The position numbers and the translations under genes were made by a program. Source: Candidatus Sericytochromatia bacterium (GTDB taxonomy: Bacteria; Cyanobacteriota; Sericytochromatia; S15B-MN24; JAQBPE01). Taken from it: 64,000 nucleotides of DNA. The stretch is from positions 32,001 through 96,000 of the forward strand of contig JAYKHR010000045.1 of the NCBI GenBank assembly GCA_035285125.1. Direction: 5' to 3'. Every line of letters begins with the position of its first letter. Position 1 is the first letter of the stretch. Under the pieces are notes generated by a model. The model was not told the DNA's origin. It saw nothing but the letters and a program-made list of their open reading frames with translations, and searched no databases. Positions 1-9,772 of this stretch are shown one piece after another.

Positions 1-226
1 CGCCCGAGGGTATGATACGGTTGGGTTCAAACCCGCTTCCTGCGCAACTTTGACAAGCGGGCGACGCGTCGGAGCCGCTCCGGCACCCTTTCATTGGGAG
101 GTGAGGGGGTGATTGGGGAGGACCGAGGCCTCGCCGCGCCGTCTTCTGGTGCTCAGGGCATGGGGGCGTAGCTCACACTCCCGGGCCAGAGCGTCCGGGC
201 GACCACGGAGCGTGACTGACGGAACG

Positions 227-496
227 ATGGCGAAAGAAGACGTCCTCGAGATGACGGGCACCGTGCAGGAGGCTCTCTCCAACGGCATGTTCCGCATCAT
301 CCTCGAAAACGGTCACGAGGTGCTCGGCCACCTGGCGGGGCGCATGCGGCGCTTCCGCATCAAGGTGCTGCTCGGAGACAAGGTCCGCGTCGAGCTCTCG
401 CCGTACGACCTGACGCGAGGCCGGATCACCTTCCGCGAGAAGGTGTCCTTCGGCCCAGGAGGCCCGGGCGGACCCGGTGGCCCGCCCAGGCGCTGA
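227..496 (+). CDS. infA: Translation initiation factor IF-1 with Gly/Pro C-terminal tail
   Basis: [17 protein letters not shown]...[37 protein letters not shown] is typical IF-1; ATG at 227. Confidence 0.97.
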   Translation: MAKEDVLEMTGTVQEALSNGMFRIILENGHEVLGHLAGRMRRFRIKVLLGDKVRVELSPYDLTRGRITFREKVSFGPGGPGGPGGPPRR

Positions 497-2138
497 GCCG
501 GGCCCACGCCCGGAACTCGATCGCGCCGTTGCAAGCCTGGCTAACCTATCCGGCGAGCGGTCTCCTGACCTCGGCACCTCTGCCGGGCGAGGGTGGCGTC
601 TTTTCGACGTCTCGGCCAACTGGCTGATCTTGGTGCTGGCCATCGTCAACCTGACGCTGGTCCTCTTCGACTACACCTACCTCACCTTCCGCCACGTCTA
701 CCAGGCCCAGGGCTGGTCGGCTCTGGTCGCCAAGTATGACGCCGTGCGGGGCATCGAGCCCCACCGGGAGACGGAGGCGTACGGGCGCGAGGCCCGCGCC
801 GCCTTCGCGCTGCTCTCCAAGAGCCCGCAAAGCATTGCAGCACGCGACGCGATAGACAAGATGCGGCGCCGGTCGACCGACCTCGTCGACCGCGACCCCT
901 TCCTGACGGCGGGGCTGCGGGGCGTGTCTGAGCGACTCAAGTCGCGCTTCAGGCGCCACGCCTGGGAGGAGGCTCCGAGGTTCCGCAAGGCCGTGCGGAC
1001 GTGGAAGGCCCCCTATACCTGGGCATGGTGCCAGGAGCGGTGGCGCCGCGACCGGGACGCCAGCGGGCGCCCGGTGCCCCTGGAGGTGAGGCTCTGGGGC
1101 TTCTTGAAGCCCACGAACCCCTGGGACGCGCTGTCGGCCACCGAGTCGATGATCGGGTCGGTCGCCTACGCCGCCCGGCGGCAGCAAGCAGTCCCGTCCG
1201 CCGACCGGCGGCTGGACGGGTTCTGGTCCGCTGAAAACCTCTCCCCCGAGAGGCTGGAGGGGGAGGCAGCCTGGTTCGAGGCGGAGGTCGTGCCGCTGCT
1301 GGACCGCAACCACTGGCAGACGTACAGGGAGAACGGGGAGCCGGCCAACTTCTTCTGGCTCATCGACTGCATGTTCTTGCCCGTCTTCGTGGCGGAGTTC
1401 CTGACGCGCGGCCTGGTGGGCGTCAGGCGCGGCGTGTACCCCAACTTCACGCTGTTCGTGGCGGCCCGCTGGTACGACGTGATTTATGTGCTGCCCCTCT
1501 TCATGTACGCCCTGCCCAGCACGCTGCAGGGCCCCCTGCACGTGGTGCGGATCATCTCCGTCAGCGCCCGGATGGAACGGCTCGGGCTGATCAACCCGGT
1601 GGCCATCATGCGGCCCTACCTGGCCCGGCCCCTCGACGCCGTGGCGGACCTGGTGAACGTCAAGCTCTTGTCGAGCTACCAGGATGGCGTGCGCGACTTC
1701 AGCCTCGAGAAGGCCCTGGACACGCTGACGCCGCGCCAGCGCAAGGAGCTTGAGGGCCTGATCGAAGCCAACCTGGCGATGGTCGTCGAGCGCGTGCTGC
1801 CCGACGTGCGACCCACCCTGGAGGCGCTGGTCACGCGGACGGCCCAGCAGGCGCTGGAGCAAGCCCCCGCCTACGCGCAGCTGAAGGAGCTCCCCCTGCT
1901 CGGCGACTGGCCCGAGCTCCTGATCCGGCGGGCCGTGGCCGAGACCGTGGCCCAGATGCAGGCCACGATGCTGCGCGCCGTGAACGACCCGAGCAACGTC
2001 GCGCTCACGCGGGACCTCGTCACCGTCACGGCCCGCTCGCTGCTTCGGCACACGGCCACGCTGGGCACCGAGGCGCAGCTCAAGGCGATGGTCGTGGAGG
2101 TGCTCGAGGAGCAAAAGCGCAAGACCTTGCTGGGTTGA
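477..2138 (+). CDS. Conserved hypothetical membrane protein (cyanobacteria-like); true start probably downstream of 477
   Basis: 553-aa ORF with GC3-biased codons; TM segments [19 protein letters not shown] and [15 protein letters not shown]; motifs GIEPHRET and RWYD; helical C-terminus. Confidence 0.75.
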   Translation: MARPGAEPGPRPELDRAVASLANLSGERSPDLGTSAGRGWRLFDVSANWLILVLAIVNLTLVLFDYTYLTFRHVYQAQGWSALVAKYDAVRGIEPHRETEAYGREARAAFALLSKSPQSIAARDAIDKMRRRSTDLVDRDPFLTAGLRGVSERLKSRFRRHAWEEAPRFRKAVRTWKAPYTWAWCQERWRRDRDASGRPVPLEVRLWGFLKPTNPWDALSATESMIGSVAYAARRQQAVPSADRRLDGFWSAENLSPERLEGEAAWFEAEVVPLLDRNHWQTYRENGEPANFFWLIDCMFLPVFVAEFLTRGLVGVRRGVYPNFTLFVAARWYDVIYVLPLFMYALPSTLQGPLHVVRIISVSARMERLGLINPVAIMRPYLARPLDAVADLVNVKLLSSYQDGVRDFSLEKALDTLTPRQRKELEGLIEANLAMVVERVLPDVRPTLEALVTRTAQQALEQAPAYAQLKELPLLGDWPELLIRRAVAETVAQMQATMLRAVNDPSNVALTRDLVTVTARSLLRHTATLGTEAQLKAMVVEVLEEQKRKTLLG

Positions 2139-2186
2139 GCGGGCCCACCCGCACGGGGGCCCGGCCCGATGGGGTAAGATAGGCGC

Positions 2187-3371
2187 ATGACCAAGCCGCT
2201 GCATTTCTTCGTCGTCATGGCCGCCACCCACGGCCTCTATGCAGAGTCGTTCCTTCGCGAACTCAAGCGCCAGGGGCACCGCGTGGTGGTGCTGACGCGG
2301 GCGGACGCGCTGGGCTACGACTGGCCGCGGGACCTGATGGACGCGCTTTACGCCGTCCCGGACATCTTCGACCCGCTCGGCGTCGAGAACGCGGTGGGCT
2401 ACCTCGCCCGGACGGAGCAGATCGACCGGCTCGTGGGCCCTGGCGAGTACGACATCGAAATCGCCGCCCGGCTCCGCGAGCACCTGCGGATCCCGGGGAT
2501 GGGGGAGACCACGGCCCGCTACTTCCGTGACAAGCTGGCGATGCGCGAGCGGGCCGCGGGACGTGGCATCAAGGTTCCAGCCTACATCGGGGCCATTCAC
2601 CACCCCGCGATCGCCCAGTTCCTGCAGGACGTGCCGGGGCCATGGGTGCTCAAGCCTCGGATGGCCGCGTCGTCGAAGGGCATCCAGAAGCTCAGCGACC
2701 GGGACGCGGTCTGGAAGGCGCTCGACGCGCTGGGCGACCGGGCCAGCCACCACGTGCTGGAGCGCTACACGCCAGGCACGGTGTACCACGTAGACGGCGT
2801 GGTGACGGGCGGTCAGGTGGTCTTCGAGTCGGCCCACCGCTATGGCACCCCCATCTTGGACCTCCACACGCAGGGCGGCGTCTACACCACCTGGCGCCTC
2901 GAGGAGCAAGGCGAGGAGGCCCAGGCCCTCTACGCCCTCAACCGCCAGGTCATCGCGGCCTTCGGGATGCTGGCCGGGGTGTTCCACATCGAGTACATCC
3001 GGGGTGCGGAGGACGGCGAGTTCTACTTCCTCGAGGCCAGCGCCCGCGTGGGCGCGGGGCTGATCGAGGACATGATCGAGGCTGAGAGTGGCATCAACCT
3101 GTGGGCCGAGTGGGCCCGGCTCGAGGTCGGCGAGGTGCAGCCCCCCTACTCGGTGACCCGGAGCAAGGACGTGTACGCGGGCGTGCTCGCCACCGCCACG
3201 GCCACGGAGCGTCCGGATGCGACGCCGTACGTGGAGCCCGGCGTGCAGGCCCTGCCAGCCAAGCCCCACCACCTCGGGCTGCTCGTGACGGAGGGCAGCG
3301 AGGCCGCCCTTCAGGCACGCCTGTCGGCCCTGGCCGAGCGGGTCGGCCGCGAGCTCTCCGTGCGGCTCTGA
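2187..3371 (+). CDS. ATP-grasp domain protein (carboxylate-amine ligase family)
   Basis: FRDKLAMR, PWVLKPR..ASSKGI, HIEY..., FLEASARVG ATP-grasp motifs; TAAGAT -10 element 6 nt before the ATG. Confidence 0.85.
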   Translation: MTKPLHFFVVMAATHGLYAESFLRELKRQGHRVVVLTRADALGYDWPRDLMDALYAVPDIFDPLGVENAVGYLARTEQIDRLVGPGEYDIEIAARLREHLRIPGMGETTARYFRDKLAMRERAAGRGIKVPAYIGAIHHPAIAQFLQDVPGPWVLKPRMAASSKGIQKLSDRDAVWKALDALGDRASHHVLERYTPGTVYHVDGVVTGGQVVFESAHRYGTPILDLHTQGGVYTTWRLEEQGEEAQALYALNRQVIAAFGMLAGVFHIEYIRGAEDGEFYFLEASARVGAGLIEDMIEAESGINLWAEWARLEVGEVQPPYSVTRSKDVYAGVLATATATERPDATPYVEPGVQALPAKPHHLGLLVTEGSEAALQARLSALAERVGRELSVRL

Positions 3372-3376
3372 CGCCC

Positions 3377-4099
3377 GTGCCGCGCTCCACGGACGACTTC
3401 TACGAGCGCCTCGGCGTCTCGCCAGCGGCCTCCGAACGGGAGATCAAGGCGGCCTATCGGGCCCTGGCCAAGCGACTGCACCCGGACCTCGGGGGCGACG
3501 CGGCGGCGCTGGCCGCCGTGAACGAGGCCGCTGACGTGCTGCTGGACGCGGGCCGGCGCGCAGCCTATGACCGCGACCACAAGGCCCGGCCAGCCGCGGG
3601 GCAGCCTGCGCGGCCGAGCCCCCGGTCCACCGGCGGCGCCTCGCCGCGGCCGCCGTCAGGCAAGACCTCGGTGGCCCTGTGCGATCAGTGTGGCGCCCTG
3701 AACCGGGTGGCTGCCGACCCGCGCGTCGTGGCGGCCCGCTGCAGCCAGTGCGGCCACAGCCTCGGGACGCCCGCGCGGGGCGAGCCGAGGGACGCCGCCC
3801 ACGAGGCCCCGCCGCCAGCTGCGGGCAGCCAGGCGCGCTGCCCGCACTGCCAGCAGCGCAACCTCGTCACGGCGGCCCCTGGGGCAGCCCAGCGCTGCCT
3901 GGGCTGCGGCGAGACCTTCCGACCCGACGAGGCCCACGAGGGTGAGCGGCTCGGCGACCTGTTGGGTGACGTCAGCCGGGCGATCTTCGGCGCCGAGGGG
4001 CGCAAGGCCTCGGCCCGGGGCCTGGCCTACGTGGAGGATCAGCTGCGGGCCCTGGCCGACGAGGCGCGGAGGCGCCGCGAGGCCCTGGAGCGCGACTGA
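3377..4099 (+). CDS. DnaJ (J-domain) protein with two C-terminal CxxC..CxxC zinc ribbons
   Basis: FYERLGV...EIKAAYRALAKRLHPD J-domain with HPD; CDQC..CSQC and CPHC..CLGC; GTG at 3377. Confidence 0.85.
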   Translation: MPRSTDDFYERLGVSPAASEREIKAAYRALAKRLHPDLGGDAAALAAVNEAADVLLDAGRRAAYDRDHKARPAAGQPARPSPRSTGGASPRPPSGKTSVALCDQCGALNRVAADPRVVAARCSQCGHSLGTPARGEPRDAAHEAPPPAAGSQARCPHCQQRNLVTAAPGAAQRCLGCGETFRPDEAHEGERLGDLLGDVSRAIFGAEGRKASARGLAYVEDQLRALADEARRRREALERD

Positions 4100-4107
4100 G
4101 GGCGGGC

Positions 4108-4956
4108 TCACGCTGGGCGGCGGGAGAGCCACCTCAGCCGCCACGCCCGGCCGGCGGCCACCAGCAAGAACCCCGCGAGGCCGAGCGTGGCCGTCACCCC
4201 GGCCGGGCTGGCGTTGAGCCAGACGGCCACGGCCATCCCTGCGACCGCCTCGCCCGCAGCCAGCGCGACGGCCCCCGCCAGCACGCCGGGCAGCCGTCGG
4301 GCCAGCAACATGGCCGTCGCGCCCGGCGTGATGAAGAAGGCGATGGCGAGCACGATGCCGACGGCCCGCAGGGCCGCCACGGTGGCCAGCGCGACGAGGG
4401 TCAGCAGCGTGAGGTGGAGCAGGCCAGTCGGGACGCCAGCCACCTCTGCGTGGACGGGGTCGAAGGTGGCGGCGACCAACGGGCGGTAGGCCAAGGCGCC
4501 CGCGAGGAGCGTGACCGCAAGCAGGATGCCTGCAACGACGAGGCTCTCGGGCCGGGAGGCCAGGGGCTCCCCGTAGACCACGCAGCCGGGGTCGAGGTCG
4601 AGCCCGCGCACGGCGGAGACCATGACGATGCCCGTGGCGAAGAGGGCCGAGAAGGAGACGCCCATGGCCGCGTCCTCCTTGAGCCGGGTGTGCCGGGTGA
4701 TCCACCCCGTCATCCCGACGCAAGCAAGCCCAGAGGCCACCGCCCCGGTCAGGAAGGCGACGACGGAGTAGCCCCCCACCAGCCAGCCGAGCACCACGCC
4801 CGGCAGCACGGAGTGGCTGACGGCGTCCGCCAGCAGGCTGAGCCGCCGCAGGATCAGGAACACGCCGACGAGACTGCACAGCACGCCCACCACGACGACC
4901 TGCAGCGTGGCGTGCCAGAACCAGGGGGCCGTGAGGCTGGACGACCACTCAGGCAC
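4108..4956 (-). CDS. Mn/Zn/Fe ABC transporter permease (ABC-3)
   Basis: LRRLSLLADAVSHSVLPG, EDAAMG and TFDP motifs; GTG start overlaps the stop of the upstream permease. Confidence 0.9.
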   Translation of the reverse strand: MPEWSSSLTAPWFWHATLQVVVVGVLCSLVGVFLILRRLSLLADAVSHSVLPGVVLGWLVGGYSVVAFLTGAVASGLACVGMTGWITRHTRLKEDAAMGVSFSALFATGIVMVSAVRGLDLDPGCVVYGEPLASRPESLVVAGILLAVTLLAGALAYRPLVAATFDPVHAEVAGVPTGLLHLTLLTLVALATVAALRAVGIVLAIAFFITPGATAMLLARRLPGVLAGAVALAAGEAVAGMAVAVWLNASPAGVTATLGLAGFLLVAAGRAWRLRWLSRRPA

Positions 4957-5839
4957 GGGCGGCAGGCCCTCCCGGGCGCAGCCGCCGGCGCGTGGTGTGC
5001 ACGACCAGGGCCAGAGCGAACTCACAGGCCGCCGCCAGGACGATGGAGGCCCCGCTGGCCCAGCCGCAGAGGTGGCTGAGGGCCAGCCCGCCGAAGGCGG
5101 CAAGGCCACCGACCAGGCCCGCCAGCGCCAGCATGGGGCCGAACCGATCCACGAGCAGGAAGGCCGTGGCCCCGGGAATCACGAGCAGGGCCACCACGAG
5201 CAGGGCGCCCACGATCGGCAGGCTCACGACGACGGTGCCCGTGAGCGCCAGCATCAGGGCTGCTGTCAGGGCCAAGACGGGCAGCCCACGCGCTGCAGCG
5301 CCCTCAGGGTCGAAGGTCAGCAGCTGGAGGGGGCGCCACCCGAGGGCCAGCAGCAGAAGCGTCCCGGCGAGCAACACCGCAGCCCTGGCGACGTCGTCGG
5401 GCCCGATGCCGAGGGCCTGGCCGAACAGGAGGCTCGTCACGCCTCCCGAGCCCACCTGACGCGTGCTCAGGATGGCGACGCCGAGCCCGAACATCCCCGT
5501 GAACACCACGCCGATGGCGGTGTCGGGGCGGTGGCGGGTGATCCGCGGGATCACGGCCACCAGGCCCGCCGCCACGAGGCCGGCCACCAGCGCCCCGCCG
5601 AAGATGGCGGGGTAGGACCACCCGCCAAGCACCCAACCAAGCAGCACGCCCGGCAGGACGGCGTGGCCGAGGGCGTCGCCGAACAGCGCGAGGCGGCGAA
5701 GGATGATGAAGCAGCCCAGCACGCCGCACGACACGCCGATCAGCGCCGTGCCCGCCAGGCTGAGGCGCAGGAAGTCGGGCTGCAGCGTGAGCAGCTCCCA
5801 CAGGGAAGAGAGCCAGGCTGGCTCGACGGGGCTCGCCAT
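4949..5839 (-). CDS. Mn/Zn/Fe ABC transporter permease (ABC-3)
   Basis: LRRLALFGDALGHAVLPG, DTAIG and LLFG motifs; multiple TM helices. Confidence 0.92.
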   Translation of the reverse strand: MASPVEPAWLSSLWELLTLQPDFLRLSLAGTALIGVSCGVLGCFIILRRLALFGDALGHAVLPGVLLGWVLGGWSYPAIFGGALVAGLVAAGLVAVIPRITRHRPDTAIGVVFTGMFGLGVAILSTRQVGSGGVTSLLFGQALGIGPDDVARAAVLLAGTLLLLALGWRPLQLLTFDPEGAAARGLPVLALTAALMLALTGTVVVSLPIVGALLVVALLVIPGATAFLLVDRFGPMLALAGLVGGLAAFGGLALSHLCGWASGASIVLAAACEFALALVVHTTRRRLRPGGPAARA

Positions 5840-5849
5840 CACGAGGCCC

Positions 5850-6632
5850 TCAGGACGGCTGTCCGAGCGGCTGGGGCGCCGCCTGGGCGGCCCCCGCGTC
5901 GAACACGAGCAACCGGCCGCCGTAAGCCGCCTGCAGGGCCGCAGGCGTGTAGACCTCGGCCGTCGGCCCGCAGGCCACGACCCCCCGGTTGAGCAGCAAC
6001 AGGTGGTCGAAGGCCTGTCGGGCCGTGTGCAGGTCGTGGTGGACGACGACCACCGTCCCGCCGCCGTCTCGGATGGCCTGGAGCTGCGCGAGGATCAGGG
6101 CCTCGCTCGTGGCATCGACGCCCGCGAAGGGCTCGTCGAGCAGGTAGAGCTCGGCCCCCTGGGCCAGCGCCCGCGCCAGGAAGACCCGCTGCTGCTGGCC
6201 TCCGGAAAGGTCCCCGATGCGGCGGTCGGCCAGGGCGCTCAGGTCGACGCGGGCCAGCGCGGCCTCGGCCGCCGCGTGGTCCGACCGCCGCCAGGGCGCC
6301 CACCAGGGGCTGTGGCCGTGGCGGCCCATGATCACGACATCCTTCACGGTGGCGGGGAAGTCCCAATCGACGGCCGAGCGCTGCGGCACGTAGGCGACAC
6401 CGCGCCGCCGGGCCGCGAGGCCCCCTCCGAGCACCCGCACCTCCCCCGAGGCGTGGGGCAGGAGCCCCAGCACGGCCTTCAGCAAGGTGCTCTTGCCCGC
6501 CCCGTTCGGCCCGAGCACCCCCGTCAGCGTGCCCCGGGGCAGGCTGAAGGCGACGTCCCGCAGCACGGGGTGGCCGGGGTAGCCGGCGCTCAGGCCCGTG
6601 ACGCCGAGCCCCTCGTGGCAGCGCTCGCTCAT
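5850..6632 (-). CDS. Metal ABC transporter ATP-binding protein
   Basis: Walker A GPNGAGKST, YVPQRSAVDWDFP, LSGGQQQR signature, LLDEPF. Confidence 0.95.
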   Translation of the reverse strand: MSERCHEGLGVTGLSAGYPGHPVLRDVAFSLPRGTLTGVLGPNGAGKSTLLKAVLGLLPHASGEVRVLGGGLAARRRGVAYVPQRSAVDWDFPATVKDVVIMGRHGHSPWWAPWRRSDHAAAEAALARVDLSALADRRIGDLSGGQQQRVFLARALAQGAELYLLDEPFAGVDATSEALILAQLQAIRDGGGTVVVVHHDLHTARQAFDHLLLLNRGVVACGPTAEVYTPAALQAAYGGRLLVFDAGAAQAAPQPLGQPS

Positions 6633-7525
6633 CGCAGCCCCTCCACGAGGCGCGTGACGTTGTCCCGCACCATCCCCACGTAGCTGCCACCCGAGCCCTC
6701 GAGGACCCCGGTCGAGTCACTGTAAAGGGGCCCCCCCAGACGCACTTGGCCCTGGGAGGCCAGCGCCTCGATGAGCTTGGGGTTCACGGAGCTCTCGAAA
6801 AAGACCATGGGCACCGCGCCCGCCTTGAGGATGGCGAGCGCCCGGCTGACATCCTGCGTGCTGGCCTCCGCCTCGGTCGAGACGCCCTGCAGGGCGACGA
6901 CCTCAAAGCCGTAGGCCTCGCCGAAGTAGGCGAAGGCGTCATGGCTCGTGACCAGGCGGCGCCGCGGGGTCGGCACCACCGCGAGTCGACGCCGCACCCA
7001 GGCGTCCAGCGCCGCGAGCTGGGCGTCATACAGGCGGCCGTTGGCCTCGTAGGTGTCCAGACCAGCCGGGTCGAGCCGCGTGAGGGCCCCCACCACGACG
7101 CCGACGGTCCGCCGCCAGCGGGCCACGTCGAACCAGACGTGGGGGTCGGGCACCTTGGGGTCGGCCTGGCTCTGGCGGTGCGGGATGGCCTCGGCCACGG
7201 CGACGACGGGCACGGTGGGGCTGGCCTGGCGGGCCAGGTCCGGCAGCCAGGGCTCGAGGTGGAGGCCGTTGTGGACGACCAGCCGGGCCCCGGCGACGGC
7301 CTCCGCGTCGGCGGGCACAGGCCGGTAGACGTGGGGATCGCCGCCCGGCGCGAGCAGCCCGTGCACCGCGACGCGCGGCCCACCGACGTGCCGCACGAGG
7401 TCCGTCACCATGGTGGTGGTGGCCACCACGGGGATTGCCCCGCCCCCGGATGCTGGCCTGGCGGCGCACGCGCCCGAGCCCAGGAGCCCGGACAGGGCCA
7501 GCGCGAGCAGGCGTCGGCGGCTCAT
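6629..7525 (-). CDS. Metal ABC substrate-binding lipoprotein (TroA/MntA-like)
   Basis: Lipobox GSGAC; metal-ligand motifs DPHVY, DPHVW, SHDAF, YSDS; ATG at 7525 overlaps the regulator stop. Confidence 0.93.
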   Translation of the reverse strand: MSRRRLLALALSGLLGSGACAARPASGGGAIPVVATTTMVTDLVRHVGGPRVAVHGLLAPGGDPHVYRPVPADAEAVAGARLVVHNGLHLEPWLPDLARQASPTVPVVAVAEAIPHRQSQADPKVPDPHVWFDVARWRRTVGVVVGALTRLDPAGLDTYEANGRLYDAQLAALDAWVRRRLAVVPTPRRRLVTSHDAFAYFGEAYGFEVVALQGVSTEAEASTQDVSRALAILKAGAVPMVFFESSVNPKLIEALASQGQVRLGGPLYSDSTGVLEGSGGSYVGMVRDNVTRLVEGLR

Positions 7526-8241
7526 CGGGCCACCTCCGGGGCGCTCAGGCACTCGACGAACACGCTGTCCGTGACGTGGGAACCCAGGGCGTGGCGGGCA
7601 TCGCCAGGCTGCACGCGGATGGTCAGGGGCCCGTCGAAGGGGGCCCGCTCCAGAACGTCGAGCACGGCGTGGGGGTACATGCCGAGGCCCCCGAGGTAGC
7701 GCAGCAGGGCCGGGTCGCTGTCCTTCACGCGACGGATGCGCACGGCCTGGCCCGGGGCGATCGCCGAGAGGGGCGTCCAGCGCACGGAGGGCATCGAGCC
7801 ATCGCGGGCCGGGATGGGGTCGCCGTGCGGGTCCTCGGTGGGCTCTTTCAGGAAGGCGGCCATGCGGTCCTCCATGGCCTCGGAGATGACGTGCTCGAGC
7901 CGCTCTGCCTCGGCATCGACCTCGTCCCAGGTGTAGCCGAGCGCCTTGATCAGGTACAGCTCGATCAGGCGATGGTGCCGGATCAGCTCCAGCGCGAGGC
8001 GGCGGCCCGGCTCCGTCAGCTGCACCCCCTGGTAGGGGTGGTGGGTCAGCCACCCGGCGCGCGCCAGCTTCTTGAGCATCCCGGAGACCGAGGCTGGCGC
8101 GAAGCCCAGCTTCTCGGCGATGGCGGTGGTGGAGGGAACCTCTCCGCCGTCCTCGAGCTTGAAGATGGCCTTGATGTAGTCCTGGATGGCGGGTGAGGTG
8201 TCGCCCAGCAGGCTGGTGTGAACGAGTGGCTCTTTAGGCAT
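7522..8241 (-). CDS. mntR: DtxR/MntR-family metal-dependent repressor with C-terminal FeoA/SH3-like domain
   Basis: QDYIKAIF, RHHRLIELYL, EAERLEH and DPHGDPIP motifs; first gene of the ABC operon. Confidence 0.92.
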   Translation of the reverse strand: MPKEPLVHTSLLGDTSPAIQDYIKAIFKLEDGGEVPSTTAIAEKLGFAPASVSGMLKKLARAGWLTHHPYQGVQLTEPGRRLALELIRHHRLIELYLIKALGYTWDEVDAEAERLEHVISEAMEDRMAAFLKEPTEDPHGDPIPARDGSMPSVRWTPLSAIAPGQAVRIRRVKDSDPALLRYLGGLGMYPHAVLDVLERAPFDGPLTIRVQPGDARHALGSHVTDSVFVECLSAPEVAR

Positions 8242-8276
8242 GCCTAAATAGTATCGATGGCCATGGCAAAATTCAA
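8233..8276 (-). promoter_or_regulatory. Sigma70 promoter (TTGAAT-17-TACTAT) and perfect 16-bp palindrome TTTAGGCATGCCTAAA over the mntR start codon
   Basis: -35 at 8271-8276 and -10 at 8248-8253 on the minus strand, ATG 6 nt later; palindrome 8233-8248 resembles DtxR/SirR-type TTAGG-N-CCTAA boxes. Confidence 0.8.
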
Positions 8277-8399
8277 GACCCAGGCGGGCCCAAGTCAGGC
8301 CCGCGCGGGGCCAGGCGAGAGGGAAGGCCGCGCGGCGGGTATCTGGCCAGGACCGGGGCGTTCTGCGCCCGCCGTCCCCCCACCTCACCCGTAGGTGCC

Positions 8400-9716
8400 G
8401 TGCAACTCACTGCCTTGGTTGCCATGGCCTGGCCACTGCTGGGCACCACCCACCTCGTCTTGACGGTGTGGAACCTGCGTCGCTTCCGGGGACAGGCCCC
8501 GCAGCCCGGCGGGGGGTCGGCCCCAGAGCCCCCCGACAGCGCCGCGGCTGCCAGCGGCGGGGTCGAACGCGGCCCGGCCTTGGAGCAGGCCACCGCGCCG
8601 GGGGACCCAGGCCTAGCCCCGGTGCTGGCCACCGGGCTGGGCGGGCAGGAGCCGCCACGGGGTGACGCCCCCCCCGCCCCGCAAATCTCGGTGGTGATCC
8701 CGGCCCGCGACGAGGCGGCCGGCATCGGGGCCTGCATCGCGAGCGTGCGGGCGCAGGATCTCCCCGAGGTGGAGGTGCTGATCATCGACGACGGCTCCAC
8801 CGACGGCACGGCCGACGCCGCCCGGGCAGCGGCCGACGAGGATCCCCGCGTGCGGGTGATCGCGACCCCCGAGCCCGAGGCTGGCTGGTCCGGCCAGGCT
8901 TGGGCCTGCGCGAGGGGCTACGAGGAGGCGCGGGGGCGCTGGCTGGTGTTCCTGGACGCCGACGTCACGCTGGCCCCTGGCGCCTTGCAGGCCGCCCTGG
9001 CGGCTGCCGAGGACGCCTCGGCCACCCTGGTGGCCTGGTGCCCCCGCGAGGCGGCGGGGCCCCCCCTCCAAGCCCTGGCCTCGCCCCTTCACCAGGACCT
9101 GCTGCTGGCCCTGGCCCCCCTGGAGCTGCTGGAGAGCCATCCGGATCCCCGCCTGGCCTGGCCGTTTGCCGGGTGCCTCCTTGTCGAACGCGGCAGCTAC
9201 CTGCGCGCGGGAGGCCACGCCGGCACCCCCGCTGCCACGGCGACGGGGCTGGCCCTCACCCGGGCCGTCAAGGCCGCCGGGGGCCGGGTGCTGCTGCGCG
9301 ATGCCGGCGCCGGCACGGTGACAGGGCCGCTGGCCGGTCCCCCGGCCGTGCTGGAGGCACTGCGTCGGCGCCTGTACCCGGCGCTGGGGGGCTCGGATGG
9401 CCCCTGCTTCGGGCTTCTCGCCGCCGTCGCCGTGCTGTACGTGTTGCCTCCCCTGGCGGCCCTGGTGGGCTGGTTGGCCGGCTGGCCCGGGCTCGCCACG
9501 GCCGGGTTGCTCCAGACCCTCCTGGCGATCGCCGGGCGGGCCTTGCAAGTGGTGCAGCTGGGGCGAGCCCCCTGGACCGCGCCCCTCGCCCCGCTCGCGG
9601 CCGGCGCCTGGCTGGGTCTCGTGCTGATGTCGCGGCAGGCTTGGCGCAAGGGGGGCGTCCCATGGAAGGGCCGCGCCTGCCCCGCCCCGGTCGCCCCCAA
9701 GGCCGGCACGGGGTAG
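8400..9716 (+). CDS. GT2 glycosyltransferase, membrane-bound (carotenoid/hopanoid glycosyltransferase-like)
   Basis: SVVIPARDE, IIDDGSTDGT, FLDADV, C-terminal TM helices and WKGR. Confidence 0.82.
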   Translation: MQLTALVAMAWPLLGTTHLVLTVWNLRRFRGQAPQPGGGSAPEPPDSAAAASGGVERGPALEQATAPGDPGLAPVLATGLGGQEPPRGDAPPAPQISVVIPARDEAAGIGACIASVRAQDLPEVEVLIIDDGSTDGTADAARAAADEDPRVRVIATPEPEAGWSGQAWACARGYEEARGRWLVFLDADVTLAPGALQAALAAAEDASATLVAWCPREAAGPPLQALASPLHQDLLLALAPLELLESHPDPRLAWPFAGCLLVERGSYLRAGGHAGTPAATATGLALTRAVKAAGGRVLLRDAGAGTVTGPLAGPPAVLEALRRRLYPALGGSDGPCFGLLAAVAVLYVLPPLAALVGWLAGWPGLATAGLLQTLLAIAGRALQVVQLGRAPWTAPLAPLAAGAWLGLVLMSRQAWRKGGVPWKGRACPAPVAPKAGTG

Positions 9717-9772
9717 AATGTCGCGGCGCGCTCGCAGGTGCGCGACCGACCCCTCAGGAAGGAGCCCCTCCA

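Noticed and set aside
23..34. GGGTTCAAACCC resembling a tRNA T-arm
   Set aside because: No acceptor, D or anticodon arms around it
546..3272. 908-aa minus-strand ORF and many other long overlapping ORFs (e.g. 12717-14495, 16309-18468, 35458-37599, 47723-50014, 57330-59282)
   Set aside because: Shadow ORFs antisense to well-supported genes; expected at this GC content and lacking recognisable motifs
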